A DNA stretch of 64,000 nucleotides from an uncultured Planctomycetaceae bacterium (GCA_963785305.1 CAWAUV010000009.1:448001-512000); one strand, 5' to 3'; shown: positions 23,461 to 35,128, counted from the stretch's first letter. Numbers and translations: made by a program. The notes: a model not told the origin generated them from the letters alone.

Positions 23461-23507
23461 CCCTCATTCGGCTGCTGGGCCGCCACCTTCTCCCGGAGGG
23501 AGAAGGG
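23461..23507. repeat. REP-like palindrome (CCCTCA...CACCTTCTCCC-GGGAGAAGGG type)
   Basis: ccttctccc-gga-gggagaagg hairpin between convergent genes. Confidence 0.55.
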
Positions 23508-23508
23508 T

Positions 23509-24816
23509 TTATGATGCCTTGCGCACGATCACGACCGCCGCTTGGCCTTGCGGGGTGACATTGACATTCATCGCCACATCGCCGGCCGGAGTTGTCGTGT
23601 CGGTTACCACCGGTAGCGGGCACTCGGGGTCGGGGGTCTCGAAATTTCGCACCGGAAACAGCCGGCCGCGCTCCAGCGCCGCCAGGCTCGCGATCAACTC
23701 GACCACGCCGCTACCCGCGCCCAGATTGCCGAAATAACTCTTCGCCGCCACCACCGGCGGAATCCGGGCGCCAAACACCGCCTCGAAGGCCCGCGCTTCG
23801 TCGATATCGCTGGTGCGCGTGCTGAGCCCATGCGCATGCACATGGCCGATGTCGCTCGGCGCGAGGCCCGCGTCGCGCAGGGCCGAGCGCATCGCGTTGA
23901 CCAGCGCCTTGTCGCGTTGGGCGATGCCTTGCCGGTCGGCCACGGAGCTTGAACCGCTGCCGAGCACTTCGGCATGGATCCGCGCCGAGCGCGCTTCGGC
24001 GTGTTCGCGAAGTTCGAGCACCAAGGCGCCCGCGCCTTCGCCAAGGACCATGCCGCTTCGCCGGAGGTCGAAAGGCCGGCTGGCCCGGGTCGGGTCGGAG
24101 CCGTTGCCCGCGACTTCTTCTTGGCTCACGACATGCACCATTTTCATGGGATGCACTCGGGTGCCGGTGGCGCCGGCGACCATCACATCGGCATGTCCGC
24201 GTTGAATGGTGCGAAACGCCTCGCCAACGGCCAAGTTCGACGACGCCTCGCGGAGCGTGAGCGAGTTGTTCGGCCCGCGCATATCGTTGTAGATCGCCAC
24301 ATGGCTGGCCGGCATGTTCGGCAGATACTTGAGCAGCCACAGCGGCGTGAGCTTGGGCATGCCTTCCTCGGCCCAGCGGGCGAAGTCGAATTTGCCGTCG
24401 GCCCCGATACATCGCCGCACGCCGTCGGTGAAGTCCTCGGGCATGGTCATCATATAGTCGGAGCCGAAGAGCACTCCGGTGCGTTCGGGGTCGAAGCCCG
24501 AGTTGAGATTGGCGTCGCTCAGCGCGCGCTGGGCGGCGGCCACGCCCATCTGGCACTCGCGGCACATCACGCGGAGCCCCTTGCGAATGGCTTTTTTCTT
24601 TTCGCCATCGAGCGGGCCGAAGTCTTCGATCGCGCCGGTGAAGTCGCGCGCTTCGGCGGCGAAGCTCGTGGGGAGAAATGTGGTGGCAAAGCTAGCGATC
24701 GGTCGCACGCCGCTCCCGCCCTCGACAAAAGCGTTCCACAACGCCTCGAGCGTGTTGCCCAGGGGACTAATCAGCCCCAGGCCAGTGACGACAACCCCGC
24801 GCGATGTTCCGATCAT
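23509..24816 (-). CDS. FabF-like ketosynthase homologue with a non-canonical active site
   Basis: VVVTGLG, SRPFD, GEGAGALVLE, HAHGLST; Cys position reads TLREASS and the second His position reads YFGNLG. Confidence 0.85.
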   Translation of the reverse strand: MIGTSRGVVVTGLGLISPLGNTLEALWNAFVEGGSGVRPIASFATTFLPTSFAAEARDFTGAIEDFGPLDGEKKKAIRKGLRVMCRECQMGVAAAQRALSDANLNSGFDPERTGVLFGSDYMMTMPEDFTDGVRRCIGADGKFDFARWAEEGMPKLTPLWLLKYLPNMPASHVAIYNDMRGPNNSLTLREASSNLAVGEAFRTIQRGHADVMVAGATGTRVHPMKMVHVVSQEEVAGNGSDPTRASRPFDLRRSGMVLGEGAGALVLELREHAEARSARIHAEVLGSGSSSVADRQGIAQRDKALVNAMRSALRDAGLAPSDIGHVHAHGLSTRTSDIDEARAFEAVFGARIPPVVAAKSYFGNLGAGSGVVELIASLAALERGRLFPVRNFETPDPECPLPVVTDTTTPAGDVAMNVNVTPQGQAAVVIVRKAS

Positions 24817-25042
24817 GAGACTTCGATGCGCCTTGCATGCTTTTTGTTGGGCGGGGGGCGAACACGTTTCCGCCGAAAATTCCCCTCGCGCCGGCCGCCA
24901 CACGCCCTGGGGGCTCGACCGCGCCGCGGCCCGCGGCCCTTGGGGCCCGAACGCGGTGGTAATAGTGTAGTGGGGCCCAGCGCCGGCGAAAAGGCGGCTT
25001 TGCCCCCCTTCAGACAGGTCAACTACGGGCGCATCGGGCGGA

Positions 25043-25110
25043 ATGCGCACGCTCGTCGTGGGCATGACCGTCCCTAAGTCACATGCCCACGGCGAGCGTG
25101 GGCATGGCAC
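25043..25110. repeat. Pair of ATGCCCACG...CGTGGGCATG REP-like palindromes
   Basis: Copies at 25043-25066 and 25082-25110; a further copy at 55256-55283. Confidence 0.65.
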
Positions 25111-25149
25111 ACGGCGGCTTTTGCCCCCCGGCCAGATGCTCCGGCGCGA

Positions 25150-25869
25150 TCACCCGCCGGGCGAGCCGCTCTGGGGCGTGTAGAGAATGCAGCCGCAATT
25201 GGCGCAGAACACGGCTCGGCTCATTTGCAATTCGCCGAGCATGTTGGGCGTGAGCTGTTTGTTGCAGCCGCCGCAGAAACCGCCCGACACCGCGGCCATC
25301 GCCTCTTCGTGCTTGTGGTTCACGACACGGTTGTAGGCGAGCCGAAAATCGTCGGGCAATTCGGCTTCGGCCCGGGCGAGCTCGTCGCGCAGCCGGGCAA
25401 TATCGGTGGCGATCGAGTCGGTTTGGGTGTTGACCGCTTGCTGCTGCTTGGCGAGCTCGGCCTTGGCGTCGACGATTTTCTTTTGGGCCTCGGCGACGAC
25501 CCGCTGGCTTTCGTCGATTTTTTCGAGCGCGTCGAGGATTTCGTCTTCGAGCACCTGCCCGGCCATGCGGTCGGCGGCGATTTGGTCCTTGAGCGCCTGA
25601 TATTCGCGATTGGTGCCGCAGGCGTTGAGCTTGGCTTCGAGTCCCAGGATTTTCTGTTCGCCGCTTTTCAGCAGCAGTTGCTTCTGATCGGCCCGCATCT
25701 TGGCCGCCTTCACGTCGGCCTGGGCCTTGGTCAGCTCGTCGGCAAGCCGCGCGAGATTGACTTCCCGAGCCTTGAGCAGCTTGACGCCGCGCTGGGCGCG
25801 GTCGCTCAGATCGGCGAGTTGCCGATGAATGCGATGCAGTACGGAGATCGCGGCAGCGCTCACAGCCAT
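25150..25869 (-). CDS. Coiled-coil protein with a C4 zinc ribbon (DUF164/CT398-like)
   Basis: Long coiled coil with NREYQAL, then CGGC...CANCGCILY. Confidence 0.85.
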   Translation of the reverse strand: MAVSAAAISVLHRIHRQLADLSDRAQRGVKLLKAREVNLARLADELTKAQADVKAAKMRADQKQLLLKSGEQKILGLEAKLNACGTNREYQALKDQIAADRMAGQVLEDEILDALEKIDESQRVVAEAQKKIVDAKAELAKQQQAVNTQTDSIATDIARLRDELARAEAELPDDFRLAYNRVVNHKHEEAMAAVSGGFCGGCNKQLTPNMLGELQMSRAVFCANCGCILYTPQSGSPGG

Positions 25870-26121
25870 GCCAAGCCTCGTCGATCGGACAGCTTTTTGC
25901 CAAAGAATATCATTATAGCCGCTCGGCCCGAACTCGGAAAGCAACCGCCGACTTTCGTCGCGCGGCCAGCCCCCCGGATGCTGGCGCGGGCCCTCGAGAT
26001 CTCGCCGATTTCAATGTATCTCACGCGGAGGCGCGGAGGCGGATGCCCGCGCCGACCGGAGTCTCGGGCGTCGCCGCCAGCGGCGTGAACATGACGCTCA
26101 CGCCGAGTTTTTGATTTGGTA

Positions 26122-26214
26122 GCCATGGAATGACACGGATTATAGTCAGGGAAGGAAATCAGCTCGCTGCCTCCTGCCGCCCCATTCCGTGTTTCTTCCG
26201 TGTAATTCCGTGGC
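26122..26214. repeat. 18-bp imperfect inverted repeat element
   Basis: gccatggaatgacacgga (26122-26139) versus tccgtgtaattccgtggc (26197-26214); 16 of 18 positions complementary. Confidence 0.6.
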
Positions 26215-26301
26215 CGCATTTCATTCTCCCCACTGACTTGGCTGGCGTCGCTTTATGTGGCCCCGAGAGTGCGCTCCTATCCCAAGCCGACGCGTGAGTG
26301 A

Positions 26302-26353
26302 GCGGCGAAATCCCACGCCGGACAAATACAAGCCTGAAGCGCCGTCGAAGGTT
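26302..26353 (+). repeat. REP-like unit ACAAGCC(C/T)GAAGCGCC..CGAAGG
   Basis: Matches 28031-28082. Confidence 0.7.
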
Positions 26354-26486
26354 TCTCCAGTGCGGCGTGCTACGCGCCGGGGCGAAACGACATCCGCCCT
26401 CGCCACAGGCTTTCCCCGAAAGGAGGGGATTCATGGGGCCGGTTTGCCCCCTTGTAAAAATTTAACGCGCCCGCGAACAAAAGCAT

Positions 26487-26515
26487 TTGACTAAACCGAA
26501 AACTTCCGATAAGTT
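26487..26515 (+). promoter_or_regulatory. Candidate sigma70-type promoter for the DUF1559 gene
   Basis: TTGACT-17 nt-TAAGTT. Confidence 0.4.
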
Positions 26516-26638
26516 GAGCGAATTCTAGGCGGGCGTTCCGCTTGCCTCGCATATCGGGAGTCTGTACGGCCTTGTCGGCCGTTTGTCTCATTTTTTTCAT
26601 TCTTCTTATTCGGTTCTCTTTCTCAGAGGAGGGTGACT

Positions 26639-27922
26639 ATGTTCACCAAACGAAGAGGGTTCGCCAAGCGAAGAAGGTTCGCCGTGCGAATCCGGTCTGG
26701 CGCCGCGAGTTCGGCGGAGCGTGGTTTCACGCTCGTGGAACTGTTGGTCGTGATTGCCATTATCGGCGTGCTCATTGCGCTCCTATTGCCGGCGGTGCAA
26801 GCCGCCCGCGAAGCGGCCCGGCGCAACGCGTGCACCAACAACCTGAAGCAACTCGGCCTGGGCCTGCAAAACCACCACGATGTCCGCAAGTATCTGCCGC
26901 TCTTGAGCACGGCCCTGAACATACAGGCATTTCCGGTGGTTCAATCGATACAGCCGGGCTCGACGACCGCGGGCAGCACCGCCAGCCCCGGCAGCGCCCC
27001 TTCCGAAGGCTTTAGCTGGATTACGCGTATCTTGCCGTTTATGGAAGAAACGGTGCTCTACAACAACATCTCGAAGCAGACGAACAAATTTCAGCCGAAC
27101 TACACGCCGTTTGGATCCGTCATTACGTCGACTGGCTCGGGAACGACCCCGAGCGCGGGCGTGCCGAACAATATGTACGCTGGTCAAGTAACGCTCGGCA
27201 TGCTTCGTTGCCCCAGCTATTCGGATAATTCCTACACCACCGGCAGCAACAGTCCTTATAGTGGCGTCACCGGCCCGGCAACATACATGCAAACGGGCTA
27301 CGATAGCCAGGGCAACGCGGTGATCGGCCAGTACATCAGCAACTACGCCGCCACCCCGGCCGTGAATTACATGTGCATGACGACGAATGCAAAGCAACAA
27401 ACCGTGGGTGGCCCGGGCAGTTCCTATGAGCCGCCCGATGGAGCGATTGTTCCCTCGTCGTCGTCTTTTCCCGGCGGCAAGGGAGTCAACTTCCGCCAAA
27501 TCACCGATGGCACATCGAAGACGATCGCGGTCGCAGAGACGCGCGAGAATCAGCTCTCGGCGTGGATCGATGGATCGGTGAATTGGGTCGTTGCCGACTC
27601 GGGCTACAATGCGGCAAGCACGGGGACATGCACTTCATATCTGAGCAATGCCACGGGCGCTATCTACTGGACGGTCAACTCTGGCAGCACTGTTTCTCTC
27701 AATTTTGGCCCGATTCCCACATCCACGAATTACTACAGCCCATCATTTTGGAGCTATAAGTGGGCCTGGGGACCGAGCAGCACGCACACCGGCGGGGTGA
27801 TTATTCACCTCTATTGCGATGGTGGCGTGCGCAATGTGACCGACGACGTGAATCCCACGACCTATTGCCAACTCATCACCCGCGCCGGTGGCGAGCCGGT
27901 GGTAGTGCCCGGCCTAGAATAA
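26639..27922 (+). CDS. DUF1559 protein with a prepilin-type N-terminal cleavage/methylation motif
   Basis: [43 protein letters not shown]-terminal H-x10-DG; ggagggt RBS. Confidence 0.93.
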   Translation: MFTKRRGFAKRRRFAVRIRSGAASSAERGFTLVELLVVIAIIGVLIALLLPAVQAAREAARRNACTNNLKQLGLGLQNHHDVRKYLPLLSTALNIQAFPVVQSIQPGSTTAGSTASPGSAPSEGFSWITRILPFMEETVLYNNISKQTNKFQPNYTPFGSVITSTGSGTTPSAGVPNNMYAGQVTLGMLRCPSYSDNSYTTGSNSPYSGVTGPATYMQTGYDSQGNAVIGQYISNYAATPAVNYMCMTTNAKQQTVGGPGSSYEPPDGAIVPSSSSFPGGKGVNFRQITDGTSKTIAVAETRENQLSAWIDGSVNWVVADSGYNAASTGTCTSYLSNATGAIYWTVNSGSTVSLNFGPIPTSTNYYSPSFWSYKWAWGPSSTHTGGVIIHLYCDGGVRNVTDDVNPTTYCQLITRAGGEPVVVPGLE

Positions 27923-27978
27923 GTCGGCTCGCTTCCAACTCGAGCACGAAGCTCGCGGCAATTCCCCAATCAAAAACC

Positions 27979-28013
27979 AACTCCGACCCTCTCTCGAGGG
28001 CCGGAGTTTTTTT
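27979..28013 (+). terminator. Intrinsic terminator
   Basis: aactccgaccctc-tc-tcgagggccggagtt stem followed by a T-run. Confidence 0.75.
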
Positions 28014-28180
28014 GCGCTTCAGCCTTGTGCCCGACGAAATCCAGCGTCGGACAAATACAAGCCCGAAGCGCCAGCGAAGGTTCCTCAATCCTCTCGTGGG
28101 AACGTGGCGAGGTTCTTTTCCACCGCCGGCCGGCCTTCGCTCGCGCATCAGGCTTGTGTGCGGCGAAATCCCGCGTCGGG
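28014..28180. repeat. BIME-like cluster of alternating REP-like units
   Basis: acaagcccgaagcgccagcgaagg (28057-28080), inverted partner ccttcgctcgcgcatcaggcttgt (28134-28157), repeated cgaaatcc..cgtcgg linkers. Confidence 0.7.
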
Positions 28181-28352
28181 CGCCATGCCCGCGCTTTTCG
28201 TGGACATGTGTCCTGAACCGAGTCGTTCGCGGGGTCGGCCGAGGAGCGATTCACGGCCAGCGGTATCCGCATGCCCATGCTTTTCGTGGGCAATGGCGCC
28301 CGGGCCGCATTCAGGCGGCGGCGTCAGCCGGTTTGAATATTTCAACCGCCTG

Positions 28353-29113
28353 CTATCGCTCGCGGAGGTCGATTCCCGCCACGCGGCCGTCTTCCATTCT
28401 CGCGATGCGGTCGCCGAAGTCGAACACCCGGCTATCGTGCGTGACGATTATCACGGCCCGGCCGCCTTCGACCGCCACGCCGCGAAGCAGTTCCATGATC
28501 GTGTGCCCGGTCTTCGCATCCAGCGCCGAAGTCGGCTCGTCGCACACCAGCAAGTCGGGCTGATGCACGAGGCCCCGGGCGATCGCCACCCGCTGCTGTT
28601 GGCCGCCCGAGAGTTTGGTCGGCAGCGCGTGGCGCGGGCGCCCATGTCCATCTGTTCGAGCAGGGCCTCGGCCCGCTTGAGCGCTTTGGCCCGCGACCAG
28701 CCGGCCAAAATCAGCGGAATCGTCACGTTTTCGGCGGCCGTGAGCGAAGGGAGCAGATTGAACTGCTGAAAGATGAAGCCGATATGCCGGCGGCGGAAGC
28801 GGACCGTGGCCGAGCGCGAAAGTCGATGCATCGCGGCGCCGAGCACATGCACTTCGCCACCGGTAGGATTCAAAATGCCCGCCACGACCGAGAGCAGCGT
28901 GGTTTTGCCGCAGCCGCTCGGCCCGGCGATGAGGGTGAGCTCGCCGGGGAACACATCGAGGTCCACGCCGCGCAGGGCCTGCACCAGCGCGTTGCCCGAG
29001 CCATAGTTCTTCGTCACCCCGCGGCACACGATCGCCGCGTCGGAGCGCCGCTCGGGAGCGCTCGGCGGCGCTTGTCCCGCGGCGGTTGGGTCGTGTTGCT
29101 TGGAAATGGTCAT
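28353..29113 (-). CDS. ABC transporter ATP-binding protein (LolD/MacB-like); frameshift near 28630
   Basis: GPSGCGKTT, LSGGQQQRVAIAR, CDEPT, VTHD. Confidence 0.9.
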
Positions 29114-29153
29114 GAGCAGTTCTTGTCGCGGGTGTCTCGCCGCGCTCGCGAGT

Positions 29154-30293
29154 TCATCCGCCTTGGAACACGATAGCCGGCTCGAGCACGATCAGCTTGC
29201 AAATCGAAAGCAAACTGGCCAGCATCGAGATCACCACGACCGCCGCTCCGGTGATGGCCAACACTTCCCAGGGCATGAGAAACGCGAGCTTCGAGTGCGA
29301 CTTGGTAAGTTCGCCGAAAGCGGCCGCTCCGCCGACGCCGAGCCCATAGCCGATCGAGCCGACCAGGGCCGCTTGCAAGAGCACCATCCAGGTGAGCGTC
29401 AGATTGCTCGCGCCCATCGCCTTGAGGGCGCCGAACTGTTTGAGGTTTTCGAGCGTGAAAAGATAAAACGTCTGCCCGGCGATCGCCGTGCCGACGACGA
29501 ATCCGAGGAGCACCGTGATGGCGAAGTTCATGGGGATGCCGGTGTTCTTGAGAAAATACCAGAGCGTCTTCTCGCTGAACTCGGCCCGGGTAAGCCCGGC
29601 CAGCCCGGTTTGCTCGCGAATGCGGCGGCACACTTCGCTCGACGGCACGCCGGTCTCGGGCTCGGCGAGAATAAACGACAGCACCTTGCGCTCCGCGGGA
29701 ATAAACCGCACCGCTTGGCTGTATCGGGTGTACACGACCGGAAAAGTCTGAAATGTGCGCCGCGCTTTGAAGATGCCCACGATCACGGCTTGCCGGTCGT
29801 TCATCTCGAACTGTTTGCCGAGCGTGAAGGGTTCCTTGGGCCAAAGCTGCTTGAAGCCATTTTCATCCATGAAGACCGCGTCGGGATGTCGCAAGTCGCC
29901 GAGATCGCCGAGCGTGACATCTTGCGGAGCGCCGACGAGCGTGGCGTCGTCGAGGCCGATGAGGATCATCTGCTGGAAGGCGCCATCGGCGAGCCGGCCG
30001 CGGTTGATGCCTTTGTAGAGCCGCACCGCCCAGGCCACGCCCGGCACACCGCGAACGCGATAGAGGTCGTTTTCGCTCATCGGCTTGATATCGTCGATGA
30101 ACTGGACCTTGCGGTCCATGACCCAAATGTCGGCCCCGCCAATGTCCTTGATCTGGCTGATGGTAAACGACATCAGCCCGCAGAAGATCGAGCCTTGCTG
30201 GGCAATGAGGAGCGAGGCGAATGTCACGCCGAGCACAATGCCGATGAACTTGGCGGTGTTGCCCGTCAGCATTTTGAGCGCGACCCAGCTCAT
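29154..30293 (-). CDS. ABC transporter permease (MacB/FtsX, DevC-like)
   Basis: One N-terminal TM, a large periplasmic domain, FGALKAMGAS, three C-terminal TMs, LEPAIVF. Confidence 0.9.
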   Translation of the reverse strand: MSWVALKMLTGNTAKFIGIVLGVTFASLLIAQQGSIFCGLMSFTISQIKDIGGADIWVMDRKVQFIDDIKPMSENDLYRVRGVPGVAWAVRLYKGINRGRLADGAFQQMILIGLDDATLVGAPQDVTLGDLGDLRHPDAVFMDENGFKQLWPKEPFTLGKQFEMNDRQAVIVGIFKARRTFQTFPVVYTRYSQAVRFIPAERKVLSFILAEPETGVPSSEVCRRIREQTGLAGLTRAEFSEKTLWYFLKNTGIPMNFAITVLLGFVVGTAIAGQTFYLFTLENLKQFGALKAMGASNLTLTWMVLLQAALVGSIGYGLGVGGAAAFGELTKSHSKLAFLMPWEVLAITGAAVVVISMLASLLSICKLIVLEPAIVFQGG

Positions 30294-30367
30294 CGCCAGT
30301 TCCCATCCGTTGGTTTGCCCCCGCCCGACCTTCCGGCGCACGAAGGGCGAGGGATTTGCTCTTTGAA

Positions 30368-30440
30368 GCCTATCCGAGAACTTCGGCGAGCCCTCACCCT
30401 GCCCTCTCCCAAAGAGAGAGGGGACAGTTGACGGATAGGC
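30368..30440 (+). repeat. Dispersed ~70-bp CCTATCCG-bounded repeat, copy 3 (most intact)
   Basis: Perfect 9-bp terminal inverted repeat gcctatccg/cggataggc enclosing ccctcaccctgccctctcccaaagagagagggg. Confidence 0.75.
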
Positions 30441-30485
30441 TGTTAAGTCGAGTGTATCAGACGCCCGAAAGGGGACAAGCTCGGC

Positions 30486-32113
30486 TTAAACTTGGAACAC
30501 GCCAAGTTTGTAGGGCTCGTCGTCCACATGGCGCGTGGCGATTTCGAGCGACGCGATCAGCACATCGCGCGTGGCCGCCGGCTCGATGATCGCGTCGACC
30601 CAGCCGCGAGCCGCCGCATGGCGGGGGTCCATTTGCCGCTCGTAATCTTCTTTCACTCGGGCTCGCAGTTCATTGAGGCGCGGTTCGTCGAGCGGCTCGC
30701 CCTGGCGCTCGAGGCTTTTGGTCGTGATTTCCAGGAGCGTGTCGGTGGCTTGTTCCGAGCCCATCACGGCGCAGCGGGCCGTCGGCCAGGCGAAGATCAG
30801 CCGCGGGTCAAACGCCTTGCCGCACAGGGCGTAGTTCCCCGCGCCAAAGCTGCCGCCCGTGATCACGGTGAGCTTGGGCACGCGGCTATTGCTGATGGCG
30901 CTCACGAGCTTGGCCCCGGCTTTGATGATGCCGGAGCGTTCGCTTTCGCGGCCGACCATGAAGCCGTTTACATCTTGCAAGAACACGAGGGGCAAGTAGT
31001 TTTGATTGCAGTCCATCACGAAACGCGCCGCCTTCTCGGCGCTGTCGACATAGAGCACTCCGCCAAACTGCAACGGTCCCTCGGCCGCTTTGACCCGGTG
31101 GCGCTGATTGGCCACGATGCCCACGGCAAATCCACCCAATCGCGCGGTTCCGCACACGAGCGATTGGCCATATTCCTGCTTGTATTCATCGAAACTGCCG
31201 GCGTCGACGATCGCGGCGAGCAGGTCGCGGGTTTCATATTCACGCCGCGCCGAGTCGCCGAGAATGTCGAGGAGCTTATCGGGCGGCGTCGCGGGCGCCA
31301 CCGCGGCCACGCGCGAGAAGGGCGGCGCTGGAGTCGGGCTGTCGGGCGCTTGCTGCGCCGCCAGCCGCCGGAGCCGGGCCAAGCAGGAGGGGTCGTCGGC
31401 GTCGCGGTAGTCGATCGTGCCGCTGACTTGCGAGTGCATCGCCGCGCCGCCGAGCTCTTCGTTCGACACGCTCTGCCCGATGGCGCTCTTCACTAGCGCC
31501 GGCCCGGCCAGATACAGGCCCGAGCCTTCGGTCATGAGCAGGGTATCGCAGAGCACGGGCAGATAGCCTCCGCCGGCGACGCAATTTCCCATGATGGCGG
31601 CGATTTGCGGCAGTCCCGCGGCCGAGATCACGGCATTGTTGCGGAAGATGCGTCCGAAATCGTCTTCGTCGGGAAAGACATCTTCTTGCAACGGCAAGAA
31701 AATTCCGGCCGAATCGACGAGATATACGAGCGGGAGACGATTCCGCATCGCGATTTTTTGCGCCGAAGCACTTTCTTGGCGGTGGCGGGAAAGAAGGCGC
31801 CGGCTTTGACCGTGGCGTCGTTGGCGATGAGCATATGGCGACGACCCGCGATGGGGGCCACGCCGCAAACCACGCCCGCGGCCGGCGCGCCGCCCCAGTC
31901 GGTGTACATATTCCAGCCGGCCCAGAGCCCGAGTTCGAGCAGCGCGGCGCCGGGGTCGATGAGCTTTTCAATGCGTTCGCGGGCCGTGAGGCGTCCCTTG
32001 GCGTGTTGTCGCAGGGTGGCGGCGGGTCCGCCACCAGCGCGGATCGCGGCCTCGTCGCGGCGCAGTTGCTCAAGCAGTTCGGGCCAAGCGATCGGCGCGG
32101 GGTGTCGATTCAT
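30486..32113 (-). CDS. Acyl-CoA carboxylase carboxyltransferase subunit (methylcrotonyl-CoA carboxylase beta-like); frameshift near 31765
   Basis: KGRLTARERI, ANDATVKAG, YLVDSAG, GNCVAGGGY, GGSFGAGNYALCG. Confidence 0.9.
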
Positions 32114-32747
32114 GCTGAGTTTCTCGAATGTCCACCAGCCGGCGAGACCGCGAAACAGCGAGCGGCGGCGGGGCCCTGCCCGCGGAAGTGGCTCTGTTCT
32201 CAAAGTATCCCTTGAAATCGCAAGCCGGGAAGAGCCCGACCCCGACGATTTTTTTCGATCAACCGGTATAATGCTTTCAGGCCGGACGTGAAAAGCGAGC
32301 ATGCTTCGCCCCGCTGGGGGTAACTTCTGGCCTCGCGCTTGCAGGGACTGCGTATTCACGACTCCCGGGCCGCGGCGTGTTTTTCGCGAATGATGTGAAA
32401 CACGCTTGCCGGCCGCATGAGCCGTGATGCTTGGGAACACTGAAGCCCACGAATCGGTGTTCGAAACAAATTACGGTCCCATTCTATTTTCATGTGTGTT
32501 CTTCGGCGTGGCGAAATCGCCACGCTTCGCCCGCGTCGCCGCTGCCGGTTTTCATCAATCGCGCCGGGCATGACCGGGATCGTCGAAGAACATGTTTTTC
32601 CCAAGTAGCCATGCTCCATGCGTTTAGGGCGTGGCTTGGAGAGAGCCTCTCGACATTGGCGCCGGACTCGCAGTTACGAGAAAAACCGACACACGCTCGT
32701 CAACTCTTTCGTCCCGCGTCCCGTAATGTCTTGGGAGGAACGTCGCC

Positions 32748-34454
32748 TTGACAAAGTCGAATCGCAAGTCCGCCGGTCGAAAACACCCTGCTTCGAAAAC
32801 CTTGGAATCGAAGGAACAGCGCTCCATGGAAGCTCAGCGAGAGGTCTTGGCCACGCCCCCGCGCACATCGACCCGCTTGAAGGTGGCTCGAGCGCCACTG
32901 GCCGACATCGAGCCGGTCGAATTTGATTTCGATTCGGATTCCGAGAGCGAACACGAGAGCGTCGCCGCCGAGGTCGTGCATGACGACGCCACGGAGTTCG
33001 ACGACGCCGACGAGGCGGTCGAGTTCGCCACGCCCGGTGAAAATGGCAGCGCCGCGATCGACGACCCGGTGCGCATGTATCTGATGCAAATGGGCGAAAT
33101 TCCGCTGCTCACCCGGGTCGAGGAAGTGCAGGCCGCCAAGCGAATCGAGCGCAGCCGCACGCTGTTTCGCCACAGCATGCTGGCCAGCGACTTCCTCTTG
33201 CAAGGCGCCGCGGCGCTGCTCGAAAAAGTGCGCGACGGCGAACTGCGGCTCGACCGCACAATCGAAGTCTCGGTGACCAATGTGCAAGAAAAGAAACGGA
33301 TCCTTCGCCGGCTTGCTCCGAACCTCAAGACCCTGCGGCATCTGCTGGAAAAGAATCAACACGACTATCGAATCGCCATCAGCACGCGCCACCCGCTCGC
33401 CGCCCGCCACGAAGCTTGGCGCCGCCTGGTGCGACGCCGCAACAAAGCGGTGCGGCTGGTCGAGGAGCTCAGCCTCCGCTATCAACGCTTGCAGCCGCTG
33501 CTCGACCGCTTGGGCGAAATTTCGGCCCGCATGCTCTCGCTCAAGGAACAAATCGTCGACGCTTTGGCCGGCCGCGGCTACGCGCCCGAGAATGTCGGCC
33601 TGTTGCGAAAAGAGCTCCGCCGGCTGATGCGGCTGACTCTTGAAAGCCCGGCCACGCTTGCCCGCCGCACGCAGCGCACCAAGGCTTTTCAACATGAATA
33701 CGACGCCGCGAAGCGCGAACTCTCGGCCGGCAACCTCCGGCTGGTCGTCTCGATCGCCAAGCGGTATCGCAATCGCGGCATGAGCTTTCTCGATCTGATT
33801 CAAGAAGGCAACACCGGCCTGATGCGGGCCGTCGACAAGTTCGAGCATGCCCGGGGCTACAAGTTCTCGACCTATGCCACGTGGTGGATTCGCCAAGCGA
33901 TCACCCGAGCCATCGCCGATCAGAGCCGCACGATTCGGGTGCCGGTCCACATGATCGACGCCATGACCCGAGTGCGAAACGTGACCCGCGACTTGGTGCA
34001 GGCCAACGGTTGCGAGCCGAGCGTGGAGCAGACGGCCGAGGCGGCGGGCCTTTCGATCGACGACACGCGCTGCATTTTGAAGATGGCCCGGCAACCGCTT
34101 TCGCTCGATCAGCCGGTGGGCGATCACGACGACAGCTACTTCGGCGAATTCCTGGAAGATCACCGCGAGGACGACCCGCTCTACGATGTGAACCAGCAGT
34201 CGCTCAAGCACCGCTTGGCCGAGGTGCTGCAAGGTCTCAATCACCGCGAGCGCGAAATCCTGCGGCTGCGCTACGGCCTCACCGACGGATATGCCTACAC
34301 GCTGGAAGAAGTGGGCAAGATTTTTTCCGTCACTCGGGAGCGAGTGCGGCAGATCGAGGCCAAGGCGGTTCGCAAGTTGCAGCAGCCTTACCGCAGCCGG
34401 GAATTGATGGGTTTTCTCGATATCGCCGATCACACCCAGTTCGAGTTGGCGTGA
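32748..34454 (+). CDS. RpoD-like sigma70 factor (regions 1.2-4; no recognisable region 1.1); start uncertain
   Basis: [49 protein letters not shown]. Confidence 0.92.
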   Translation: MTKSNRKSAGRKHPASKTLESKEQRSMEAQREVLATPPRTSTRLKVARAPLADIEPVEFDFDSDSESEHESVAAEVVHDDATEFDDADEAVEFATPGENGSAAIDDPVRMYLMQMGEIPLLTRVEEVQAAKRIERSRTLFRHSMLASDFLLQGAAALLEKVRDGELRLDRTIEVSVTNVQEKKRILRRLAPNLKTLRHLLEKNQHDYRIAISTRHPLAARHEAWRRLVRRRNKAVRLVEELSLRYQRLQPLLDRLGEISARMLSLKEQIVDALAGRGYAPENVGLLRKELRRLMRLTLESPATLARRTQRTKAFQHEYDAAKRELSAGNLRLVVSIAKRYRNRGMSFLDLIQEGNTGLMRAVDKFEHARGYKFSTYATWWIRQAITRAIADQSRTIRVPVHMIDAMTRVRNVTRDLVQANGCEPSVEQTAEAAGLSIDDTRCILKMARQPLSLDQPVGDHDDSYFGEFLEDHREDDPLYDVNQQSLKHRLAEVLQGLNHREREILRLRYGLTDGYAYTLEEVGKIFSVTRERVRQIEAKAVRKLQQPYRSRELMGFLDIADHTQFELA

Positions 34455-34510
34455 GGGCGGGCGGGGGCGCGAGTCGCCGAGTTTCGGGCGGAGGGTCGTA
34501 AGAATTTCCG

Positions 34511-35128
34511 CTACCGGCGGCGGGAGCGATGTTCCTCGCCCACGCCGGCGTTCTCCTCGCGGCCTTCATAGGGCACGGAGTGCGCCAGGTGGCGACGGAA
34601 GTTGTCTTCATAAGCGGCGTAGAGTGTCTGCTTGTCACGGATGACGAGCAGGTTTTCGGCATTCGAGGTTTCTGCCGCCTTGGTGAAGTTGAAGCTGCCG
34701 GTGATGATCGTGCGACCATCGATCAGCATGATCTTGTTATGCGCGATCGCATGCTTGTCGTCGATATAGGTGCGAATACCGGCATGCAGCACGAAATCGG
34801 CCGAGGAATATCGCTCGGTCCGTTGGCTTTTGTCGAGAATCACGACAATCTCGACGCCGCGATCCCGGGCCTCGACCAGCGCCTTGGCGATCGGGGCCGA
34901 GGTGAAGGAATAGGCCTGCACCAACACGCTTCGCTGGGCGCACTGCAACTCGGCCACGATCGCTTCGGTGCATCCGCCCGAGGGCGAAAAATAGCAGCTG
35001 ACGCCGTCTTGGGTGTTGGCGCCGAGGCCATCGGGAAATTGCCCGAGCACCGGGCCGATATACACCGCCAGCGCCAACACGGCCCCGGCCAATAACAACG
35101 AACCGGCCCAATTCCTGCGACGCGCCAT
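34511..35128 (-). CDS. Secreted phospholipase D-family (Nuc-like) protein
   Basis: Signal peptide; YFSPSGG, QAYSFTS, HNKIMLID (HKD), TGSFNFT...NAEN. Confidence 0.88.
   Translation of the reverse strand: MARRRNWAGSLLLAGAVLALAVYIGPVLGQFPDGLGANTQDGVSCYFSPSGGCTEAIVAELQCAQRSVLVQAYSFTSAPIAKALVEARDRGVEIVVILDKSQRTERYSSADFVLHAGIRTYIDDKHAIAHNKIMLIDGRTIITGSFNFTKAAETSNAENLLVIRDKQTLYAAYEDNFRRHLAHSVPYEGREENAGVGEEHRSRRR

Noticed and set aside
34511..35128. PLD-family gene as an anti-phage nuclease system
   Set aside because: It has a signal peptide, backbone-like composition, and no helicase, methylase or other defence partner nearby.
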